From the NCBI GenBank assembly GCA_002695905.1, contig NZQM01000204.1:830-64829 (forward strand): DNA of 64,000 nucleotides, read 5' to 3'. The DNA is from Parvibaculum sp. (lineage in GTDB: Bacteria > Pseudomonadota > Alphaproteobacteria > Parvibaculales > Parvibaculaceae). The notes under the pieces are model-generated. The model saw nothing but the letters and a program-made list of their open reading frames with translations. It was not told the origin of the DNA and made no database searches. The translations under genes and the position numbers were made by a program. Positions 57,079 through 64,000 of this stretch are shown here, piece by piece (the first letter of the stretch is position 1; the number at the start of each line of letters is the position of its first letter).

Positions 57079-57873
57079 ATGAACATCGAGTTTGGCCGAA
57101 ATTCCCTTAGTTCAATGGTCGCGGTCTTCGGACTGGCCGTCATTCTTTCAGGATGCGCTACGCGCCCAGATACGGCTGATGCCGCTGCTGTTGCCGCTTA
57201 TGAAGAGGCAAACGACCCTATTGAGCCTTTGAACCGCTATTTCTTTGAACTCAACAACTTCCTAGACATCATCCTTCTCCGGCCCTCCGCTGAAATTTAT
57301 GACGGTGTTTTGCCCACCATTGCAAAAGATGGTGTGCGCAACTTTCTTGATAATCTGCGTAGCCCAGTGATCCTCGCCAACGATCTGCTCCAGGGTGAAT
57401 GGGACCGTGCAGGCGACACGACCGCACGGTTCGGCATCAACACGACCGCCGGCGTATTGGGGCTCGGCGATCCGGCAACTGGCTGGGGGTATGCACGACA
57501 TGGTGAAGACTTCGGACAGACCCTGGCGGTTTATGGCGTGGGCGAAGGCCCATATTTTTATGCACCGGTCCTGGGACCCGCCCCGCCCCGTGATCTGGCA
57601 GGCTTCGGTGTCGACCTATTTTTCGACCCGCTCACCTACATCTTCTGGGACAAAGCTTACACAATTCCGGTGACGCGTTTTGTCTTAAATGGCATTGATC
57701 TGCGTGCCCGCAATCTCGATACGCTTGATGAAATTGAGCGCACATCAATCGATTATTATGCTGCCATTCGTTCGCTCTATAGACAGAGCCGTGCGGACGA
57801 AATTCAAAACGGCGTGACTGACATTGAAGCGTTACCGGACATCTCCAATATCGATTTTACTTCACACGAGTAA
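57079..57873 (+). CDS. mlaA: MlaA/VacJ-family outer-membrane lipoprotein
   Basis: Lipobox ILSGC|A and the VacJ motif NDPIEPLNRYFFELNNFLD. Confidence 0.85.
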   Translation: MNIEFGRNSLSSMVAVFGLAVILSGCATRPDTADAAAVAAYEEANDPIEPLNRYFFELNNFLDIILLRPSAEIYDGVLPTIAKDGVRNFLDNLRSPVILANDLLQGEWDRAGDTTARFGINTTAGVLGLGDPATGWGYARHGEDFGQTLAVYGVGEGPYFYAPVLGPAPPRDLAGFGVDLFFDPLTYIFWDKAYTIPVTRFVLNGIDLRARNLDTLDEIERTSIDYYAAIRSLYRQSRADEIQNGVTDIEALPDISNIDFTSHE

Positions 57874-57921
57874 CGGCATTATCAAGCGGACTTTAGTTCA
57901 AGCGGTAGGAGAGTTGACGAA

Positions 57922-58632
57922 ATGACATTGCAACTATGGCGATCCCCTTCCCCAGCAGTCCGAAATGCTATCATCGGCCTCGTCGTGCTGGTTAGCTTAG
58001 CCTTTATCGCTATGCCTGCGTCTGCGGCGCGGGATGAATCAGCCGAAGCTTTTGTCAATGAGGTCGCCTCAGAGGCGATCGAAATACTGGGACAGGACGG
58101 CTTTACCCCCCAAGAGCTCGAAGCGGCATTCCGCATTTTGTTCGTGGGCAACATGGACGTTCCACGGATCGGATTGTTCGCGTTAGGCCAATATGCACGG
58201 ACACCGACAGCGGAGCAAAAGGCAGAATATCTCGCACTCGTTGAGGAGTTTATCGTCAAGGTCTATGCCAGCCGTCTTTCAGACTATACCGACCAGCAGT
58301 TCGCTGTTCTCTCTTCTCAGCCAAAGGGAAGCAGGGGCAAAGAGGTCATCGTCAGCAGCCAGATAGAGTTCACCACTGGTCGGGCACCGGTGCCCGTCGA
58401 ATGGTGGCTTCTAAAGACCGATGAGGGGTACAAAGTATTCGACGTAAAGGTCTTAGGGATCTGGATGGCGCAGGAGCAGCGCTCTACTTTTATCTCGGTT
58501 ATTCGTAACAATGGCGGCGACTTCTCGTCCCTGCTTGAACATATCAAAACGCAGATCGCGCAAGCCAATCAGGACAGAGATGTCAAAGTAACCGAAGCGG
58601 ACGCCGCAGTAGCGACAGAGTCAACTCAATAA
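57922..58632 (+). CDS. MlaC/Ttg2D-family periplasmic phospholipid-binding protein
   Basis: Signal peptide ends ...AMPASA|A. Length and the pattern (F..LGQYAR...Y..LVEEFIVKVYASRL...WWL..DEGYKVFDV.V.G) fit the toluene-tolerance/MlaC family. It is adjacent to mlaA. Confidence 0.7.
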   Translation: MTLQLWRSPSPAVRNAIIGLVVLVSLAFIAMPASAARDESAEAFVNEVASEAIEILGQDGFTPQELEAAFRILFVGNMDVPRIGLFALGQYARTPTAEQKAEYLALVEEFIVKVYASRLSDYTDQQFAVLSSQPKGSRGKEVIVSSQIEFTTGRAPVPVEWWLLKTDEGYKVFDVKVLGIWMAQEQRSTFISVIRNNGGDFSSLLEHIKTQIAQANQDRDVKVTEADAAVATESTQ

Positions 58633-58653
58633 GTAGCTGCAGGTTAAATGGTC

Positions 58654-58676
58654 AGGGCGGTCCAGTGGACCGCCCT
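58654..58676. terminator. 10-bp perfect hairpin between convergent mlaC-like and ettA genes
   Basis: AGGGCGGTCC-agt-GGACCGCCCT. It is followed by TTGTT on the + strand and has no long U tract on either strand. Confidence 0.5.
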
Positions 58677-58686
58677 TGTTCGCTGC

Positions 58687-60348
58687 CTAATCGTTCCGCG
58701 AGAACCGTTTATATTTGATGCGGTGGGGAACTTCTGCTTCAGCCCCCAACCGTCGTTTTCGGTCTTGCTCATAGTCCGCATAGTTACCCTCAAACCACTC
58801 CACGTGGCTGTCGCCCTCAAAGGCGAGCATATGCGTCGCGATACGATCCAGGAACCAGCGGTCATGGCTGATGACCACAGCGCATCCTGCAAAATCAATC
58901 AACGCATCTTCGAGCGCCCGGAGCGTATCAACATCCAAATCATTCGTCGGCTCATCGAGCAGCAGCAGATTAGCGCCCGACTTAAGCATTTTGGCCAGAT
59001 GCACACGGTTGCGTTCCCCGCCTGAGAGCTGCCCTACCTTTTTCTGCTGGTCCCCGCCTTTGAAATTAAAGGCGCCCACATACGCACGGCTCGGCATGGT
59101 TTGTTTGCCAAGCTCAATCACATCTGTGCCACCTGAGATTTCCTCCCAGACATTTTTGTCGGGATCAAGCGCGTCGCGACTTTGGTCCACATACCCGAGC
59201 GTTACCGTGTCGCCGATCCGGATCGCACCACCATCTGGTTGCTCATCGCCTGTGAGCATCTTGAAGAGCGTAGATTTACCCGCACCGTTGGCGCCAATAA
59301 CACCAACAATACCACCAGGTGGCAGCTCGAAGCTCAAATCATCAATAAGCAATCGATCCCCAAAGCCTTTGTTGAGATGGTCGGCCTCAATCACAACACC
59401 CCCAAGGCGTTCTGCAACAGGAATAACGATCTGAGCTTTCCCGTTCTGCTCCTTACCAGCTGCTTCAAGCAGATCGTCATAGGCTCGAATACGCGCCTTG
59501 CTCTTTGCCTGCCGGGCCTTGGGCGATTGTCGAATCCACTCCAGTTCGCGAGACAGCGTACGTTCCCGTGATGCCTCGTCTCGGCCCTCCTGCTCCAAAC
59601 GTTTCTGCTTCTGTTCAAGCCAGGAGGAATAGTTCCCCTCGTAGGGAATACCGCGACCGCGATCGATCTCGAGTATCCACCCGGTCACCTGATCAAGGAA
59701 GTATCGATCATGGGTCACCAGAACAATCGTGCCCGCATAGTTGACAAGATAGTTCTGCAACCAGGCAACGGATTCAGCATCCAAATGGTTGGTTGGCTCA
59801 TCGAGCAGCAGAATGTCCGGCGCCGCGAGCAACAACTGGCAAAGCGCAACACGGCGACGCTCACCGCCAGAGAGTTTGGTTACATCCGCATCCCCCTCTG
59901 GGCACCGCAAGGCGTCCATCGCCATTTCGATCTGGCTATCCAGATCCCAAAGGTTCTGCGCATCAATAATGTCCTGAAGCCGCGCCATCTCTTCCGCGGT
60001 TTCGTCAGAATAGTTCATGGCAAGCTCATTATACTTGTCAAGCATCGCACGCTGTTCAGCGACGCCATTCATCACATTTCCCAGCACGTCCTTTTCCGGG
60101 TCCAGCTCGGGCTCTTGCGCGAGGTACCCCACCTTTGCGCCTTCAGCCGCCCAGGCTTCCCCAGTGAATTCCTTGTCGACGCCAGCCATCACCCGCAAAA
60201 GCGTTGACTTCCCGGCGCCGTTGACACCCACAACGCCAATTTTTGCCCCGGGCAGGAATGACAGACGGATATCGCTGAACACCTGCTTGCCGCCGGGATA
60301 CGTCTTGGACAATCCATCCATGACATAGACATATTGGTAGGACGCCAT
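58687..60348 (-). CDS. ettA: ABC-F translational throttle protein
   Basis: [23 protein letters not shown]..., two ABC cassettes (GVNGAGKST and GANGAGKST), and a length of about 553 aa. Confidence 0.93.
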   Translation of the reverse strand: MASYQYVYVMDGLSKTYPGGKQVFSDIRLSFLPGAKIGVVGVNGAGKSTLLRVMAGVDKEFTGEAWAAEGAKVGYLAQEPELDPEKDVLGNVMNGVAEQRAMLDKYNELAMNYSDETAEEMARLQDIIDAQNLWDLDSQIEMAMDALRCPEGDADVTKLSGGERRRVALCQLLLAAPDILLLDEPTNHLDAESVAWLQNYLVNYAGTIVLVTHDRYFLDQVTGWILEIDRGRGIPYEGNYSSWLEQKQKRLEQEGRDEASRERTLSRELEWIRQSPKARQAKSKARIRAYDDLLEAAGKEQNGKAQIVIPVAERLGGVVIEADHLNKGFGDRLLIDDLSFELPPGGIVGVIGANGAGKSTLFKMLTGDEQPDGGAIRIGDTVTLGYVDQSRDALDPDKNVWEEISGGTDVIELGKQTMPSRAYVGAFNFKGGDQQKKVGQLSGGERNRVHLAKMLKSGANLLLLDEPTNDLDVDTLRALEDALIDFAGCAVVISHDRWFLDRIATHMLAFEGDSHVEWFEGNYADYEQDRKRRLGAEAEVPHRIKYKRFSRND

Positions 60349-60501
60349 TTATTCACCTCTTAAGAACCAGTTTTGCGGCCCACTCATAAACGATTAACCA
60401 GATTACGACAACGCGTGTCTGGCACCAGCGCGTTAGGCACTGATTAACAGCCCCTGCCTACTCTTATTCACATCCGGGTGGGGATATAACTGGGTGATGA
60501 T

Positions 60502-61545
60502 GTGTTCAACATCATAAAATGGAATAAGTCGCGTAGCGACCATGGCCGATCTGCGGCGGCGGCAGCCGTTGGCCCGCGCGAAACCGCTAGCGCCATCGCA
60601 AATGCGCTCCAATACGGCATCTATGGTGTTGCGGTTTGGGACCAACATTTCAACCTCATTACGGCCAATCGGCAATATGCTGACCTCCACAAGATACCCA
60701 GCACCCTCCTGACGCCAGGGTCAAACCTGCTTTCGATCATGCACAATCTGAAAGTCCGCGGTGTTCTGTCATCAGAAACAGATCCAGACACGCTAATGGA
60801 GCTCATTCAATCCACGCTGTTGGAGACCGGACAACTCACGTCTTACATAAGGTTTTCAGACGAGACGATTTTGGAGATCTCAGCAGAACGGACATCAAAC
60901 GGCGATACAGTGGCGTTCCTTCGAAATGCGACGCGGGACAAAATGCTCACCAGCCAAGCCCGTGTAGCGGAGAAGAAAGCAGAAGCCTATTCCGATGCCA
61001 TCGCCAACTTCCCACTCTCTGCAAGCAAAAGGTCATTCACTGGACATCCTCAAGAGATCGATCAAATCACGTGCAGCGTAGCCTCCTTGCTGCAAGTTGA
61101 CTGGTGTGTTGTCTGGACCAGAAGTACCATTCTAAATGAGGCGACTGCTGCCAGCGCCTATCAAAACGCCACCGGCAAGCACGTCGAAATTGAAAATCTC
61201 GTGCTGCCCGATCTTGCCGCGTATCTTGCGGTGTTAGAGACCTCCAGGGTGATTGCCATTGGCGATCTCGACAAACACGCTTTCGGTGAAGCGCATGGCA
61301 ATCGAGCACCCCTTGACGACTATGCCTATGCGTCACTCGACACACCATTCCGCCAGAATGGGCGCATCATGGGTGTGCTGAGCTGCATCGACACGAAAAG
61401 CGCTAGAAACTGGTCCGCCACCGACAAAATGTTTGCCATGTCAGCTGCCGCTCACATTGGTAATCTGATAAGCACCACAGAACAAAGCAACCTTTGGGAG
61501 CTACCAACCGGTGAAATAGATGCCGGTCGCCAGGCCGCCGAGTAG
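60502..61545 (+). CDS. Output-less sensor protein: PAS_7-like domain + GAF domain
   Basis: GVAVWDQHFNLITANRQYADLHKIPSTLLTPGSNLLSIMHNL...ILEISAERTSNGDTVAFLRNATRD resembles PAS_7. The C-terminal half is GAF-like (VIAIGDLDKHAF...GRIMGVLSCID). The ORF opens with GTG, so the start is uncertain. Confidence 0.65.
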   Translation: MFNIIKWNKSRSDHGRSAAAAAVGPRETASAIANALQYGIYGVAVWDQHFNLITANRQYADLHKIPSTLLTPGSNLLSIMHNLKVRGVLSSETDPDTLMELIQSTLLETGQLTSYIRFSDETILEISAERTSNGDTVAFLRNATRDKMLTSQARVAEKKAEAYSDAIANFPLSASKRSFTGHPQEIDQITCSVASLLQVDWCVVWTRSTILNEATAASAYQNATGKHVEIENLVLPDLAAYLAVLETSRVIAIGDLDKHAFGEAHGNRAPLDDYAYASLDTPFRQNGRIMGVLSCIDTKSARNWSATDKMFAMSAAAHIGNLISTTEQSNLWELPTGEIDAGRQAAE

Positions 61546-62499
61546 GACCACCCAGGCGGAGAAATTCGTCCAGAGCGCTTTCTGCGAGGCTTTCTTTTCA
61601 CTCCATGTGCGAGGCGAAATGCTCTTCGCAACAAAGACAATCTGAGCGGCCAGGTTGATACAGACAATGTTGACCGCGAGCAGAATGGCCGCCCCGCCCG
61701 CTGACTTCATATCACCACTCCCCAGCATCAAACCCAGCACCACGGCAGGCGGCATAATCGCAACAGCAACCATCACCCCAACTAATGCGCTTGAAAGGCC
61801 CGTCGTCAGTGAGAACACGGCTGCCGCGCCCGCTGCCAGCGCCAACGCAATAGCCTCATAACCCGCAAAGGTCCGCGACGTAATCTCCACTGAGAGAAAA
61901 GGACCTCCGAGAAATTTACCCAGAACCATCGCAAAGAAGATGGCCAGACCAAGCCCTGCAATATTGGTGACCATGGCCCTGCGCATCAGATCCTGCTTGC
62001 CCAATGCGACCCCAAATGCAAACGCCAGATTGGGCCCGAGCAGCGGGGCAATCACCATCGCGCCGATCAGCGCGGCCACATTATCCGCAATCAGACCAAC
62101 TGCAGAGACGATCCCCGACAGCACAACCAGGACGAGAAAGTCAGCATTGAGCTCAGCCCCTTTTTCCACCGATTGCAGAATTTCTTCGCGAGGAGCCGAC
62201 CGTCCGCGAAAACTGAAGGTTCGGGCTTCCGGGTCCTTCTCAGGCTTTCCCTGGTCCGGCGCGACAACGGCTTCGACAGGGAGGATCGTCAAACGCCAAT
62301 GCGCGTCCTTCCCCATCGCTCTGTGAGTGGCATCAATGATCATCTGAACGACGTTTGTCTCACAGACGATCCGGACAAGGCAGCGATCATCTTCGCCAAG
62401 CTCTGCATAGATATCTTCGCCTCCATGCTGCTCCCCAAGCGCGGCAAGCGTCGGCGCATAGCCGCTGGGAGCAGTGATTTCGACTTGGCGTTTGGGCAC
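61501..62499 (-). CDS. DUF389/TIGR00341-type membrane protein
   Basis: Soluble N-domain followed by a Gly/Ala-rich multi-TM block (GAMVIAPLLGPN...) typical of DUF389. GTG start with GGAGG 6 nt upstream. Confidence 0.7.
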   Translation of the reverse strand: MPKRQVEITAPSGYAPTLAALGEQHGGEDIYAELGEDDRCLVRIVCETNVVQMIIDATHRAMGKDAHWRLTILPVEAVVAPDQGKPEKDPEARTFSFRGRSAPREEILQSVEKGAELNADFLVLVVLSGIVSAVGLIADNVAALIGAMVIAPLLGPNLAFAFGVALGKQDLMRRAMVTNIAGLGLAIFFAMVLGKFLGGPFLSVEITSRTFAGYEAIALALAAGAAAVFSLTTGLSSALVGVMVAVAIMPPAVVLGLMLGSGDMKSAGGAAILLAVNIVCINLAAQIVFVAKSISPRTWSEKKASQKALWTNFSAWVVLLGGLATGIYFTGW

Positions 62500-62863
62500 T
62501 TAAGACCTCCGATTCTTCTGCACCACAGCCTATCAGAGGAAAATTTCGTCGCCCATGGGGGGCCGCAATCGTGTCAGGAAGGAGCCGAATGCTGCTCGAG
62601 CAGTTGCGCCCATCCGACACGGCCAGTTTCATAGGAAAAATCATCGCCGAAAAGCTGGCTCTGCCAGTTCGCCGCCATTCCCGCATAACTGCTGCGACAG
62701 CATCTCGCACAGGTCCAGGGCACACGCACGGCCGATCGCAAACGGCGTGCCGGTGACGCAGCGCCTTTGTTTCTGGAAGGCTCGCCCTTACCTGAATCCT
62801 CGCGCCCTCACCCTAAAAACAAGGCTGGAAAATCAAGCGGTTAGATAACGCCGTTTTGGTGTT

Positions 62864-62940
62864 TGGTGGGCCCGGCAGGACTCGAACCTGCGACCAAACC
62901 GTTATGAGCGGTTCGCTCTAACCAACTGAGCTACAGGCCC
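62864..62940 (-). tRNA. tRNA with CAU anticodon (elongator Met or lysidine-modified Ile2), CCA encoded
   Basis: Minus strand: GGGCCUGUAGCUCAGUUGGUUAGAGCGAACCGCUCAUAACGGUUUGGUCGCAGGUUCGAGUCCUGCCGGGCCCACCA. Clean cloverleaf. The G1-C72 pair excludes an initiator. Confidence 0.93.
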
Positions 62941-63059
62941 TCCGAATGTGGGTATATCAGAACCTGAGCGCTTGCCAAACTGCTGAACTGCCCCAATTTC
63001 GACCCAATCCCCCGCCAGAGTGACCCTGCGCATGAAGCATAGGCTCAGGAGCAAGATCA

Positions 63060-63797
63060 ATGCCTCACTCAACCGCCAAAACACCTGCCATCGGGCGTAG
63101 CCAATGGCTCATCATGGGCCTTGGAGTCCTTGTGGCCCTGGGCCTTTTCACCCACGCCGCCAAAGCAGAGGAAATTCAGCGCACCATTACAATCACTGGT
63201 CAGGGACAGGTGTCCGTAAAGCCAGACCTCGCCATCGTAGAAACAGGCGTGGTCACTCAGGCCAAAACCGCTGCCGAAGCGCTTACCGCCAATACTCAAG
63301 CGATGCAGGCCGTCTTCGACGCAATCAAAGAGCTTGGCATTGAAGATCGAGATATGCGCACGTCCCAGTTCTCTGTGAATGCCATTCATACGCGGCCAGA
63401 GCGTGGCGAAGCATCACGCATTAGCGGCTACCAGGTCTCAAACCTCGTCTCCATCACGCTCCGTAACCTCGACAGGGTTGGCGAAGTGATGGACCGGGTC
63501 GTCTCAACGGGCTCGAACGAACTGCGCGGTATTCGCTTCCAGGTTGAAAAGCCGGGCCCGCTGATGGATGGTGCCCGCGAAGACGCTGTTAAAGACGCGC
63601 TCCGCAAAGCGAAAATCTATGTCGCTGCTGCGGGCGTGGCGCTTGGGCCCGTGCTCACCATCAACGAACATGGTGGTGGCGGACGGCCTCAGCCAGTCTT
63701 CGCCCGTGCCATGGCCATGGAAGCAGCTGATGTGCCCATTGCAGCCGGTGAGCAGACACTTTCAACAAGCGTGACGCTTGTGATTGGCCTCGAATAG
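63060..63797 (+). CDS. SIMPL-domain (DUF541, BP26/Omp28-like) periplasmic protein
   Basis: Signal/TM segment, then ITITGQGQVSVKPDLA...TAAEA...N...M..V...L...GI...D..T, typical of the SIMPL family. Confidence 0.8.
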   Translation: MPHSTAKTPAIGRSQWLIMGLGVLVALGLFTHAAKAEEIQRTITITGQGQVSVKPDLAIVETGVVTQAKTAAEALTANTQAMQAVFDAIKELGIEDRDMRTSQFSVNAIHTRPERGEASRISGYQVSNLVSITLRNLDRVGEVMDRVVSTGSNELRGIRFQVEKPGPLMDGAREDAVKDALRKAKIYVAAAGVALGPVLTINEHGGGGRPQPVFARAMAMEAADVPIAAGEQTLSTSVTLVIGLE

Positions 63798-63831
63798 ACG
63801 CGCCTAAGCAAACGCCTCAAAACAGAACAGC

Positions 63832-64000
63832 TTAAGCGGCCCGCGAGTGGCCGCTTTTGTTTGTAGTGGACGCAACGCTGTTATCGTCATTCATCTGCAG
63901 CACGGTAGGCTCAAACTTCTCGGCTTCTGCCGCATCCATCTGGCCAAACGCGCAAATGATCACCAGATCTCCTGGCTCCGCGCGACGCGCCGCAGCGCCG
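63832..64000 (-). CDS. panD: Aspartate 1-decarboxylase, C-terminal 55 codons (5' part outside window)
   Basis: The minus-strand frame reads GAAARRAEPGDLVIICAFGQMDAAEAEKFEPTVLQMNDDNSV..., matching the NGAAA...GD.VII..F..M...EA pattern of PanD. Stop is TAA at 63834-63832. It is not in the ORF track because it is shorter than 60 aa. Confidence 0.7.
   Translation of the reverse strand, partial: GAAARRAEPGDLVIICAFGQMDAAEAEKFEPTVLQMNDDNSVASTTNKSGHSRAA
63834..63864 (+). terminator. Intrinsic terminator after the SIMPL gene (overlaps the panD 3' end)
   Basis: AAGCGGCC-cgcgagt-GGCCGCTT followed by TTGTTTGT. Confidence 0.7.

Noticed and set aside
60349-62940. A genomic island integrated at the 3' end of the tRNA, comprising the PAS-GAF gene, the DUF389 gene and the spacer.
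   Set aside because: There is no integrase or other mobility gene. I could not find by eye a direct repeat of the tRNA 3' segment (..GGTTCGAGTCCTGCCGGGCCCACCA) at the far boundary. The compositional shift is weak and patchy.

Overview
This window reads as a conserved chromosomal core segment of an alphaproteobacterium (Hyphomicrobiales/Rhizobiales-like gene order). G+C is roughly 55-63% in the 60-nt lines I counted by hand.

Gene content: The centre is a complete, almost gap-free dcw cell-wall/division cluster on the minus strand, running mraZ-rsmH-ftsL-ftsI-murE-murF-mraY-murD-ftsW-murG-murC-murB-ddl-ftsQ-ftsA-ftsZ. It continues into lpxC, bamD, recN and ligA. An RNase P RNA gene (rnpB) sits directly upstream of mraZ. 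Flanking genes are housekeeping: fumC, asmA, uvrD, prmA, an aminopeptidase P, djlA, a fused 5-oxoprolinase, a sahR-like/metF/split-metH methionine operon, mlaA/mlaC, ettA, one tRNA(CAU), a SIMPL protein and the 3' end of panD.

What I did not find: no CRISPR array, IS element, integrase, prophage or recognisable defence, toxin or secretion locus. I also see no convincing multi-gene novel system.

Observations most worth a second look:
1. A phased array of YGGG(A/G) boxes with exact 10-bp spacing upstream of mraZ, a likely extended MraZ operator.
2. An AT-richer single-gene insertion between rnpB and an amidase gene, encoding a secreted protein that resembles the T6SS accessory VasI/TagO family with no T6SS nearby.
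3. A methionine synthase split exactly at the Hcy/folate domain linker, under an ArsR-methyltransferase (SahR-like) regulator whose predicted promoter contains a palindrome.
4. A TetR gene, a twin palindrome and a Tat-signal haloalkane-dehalogenase (HLD-II) forming one module.
5. A translationally coupled thioesterase / secreted pentapeptide-repeat protein / ClC channel trio.

Limits: all family assignments come from motif recognition by eye, not database searches. Several start codons are uncertain because GTG/TTG starts are common here.
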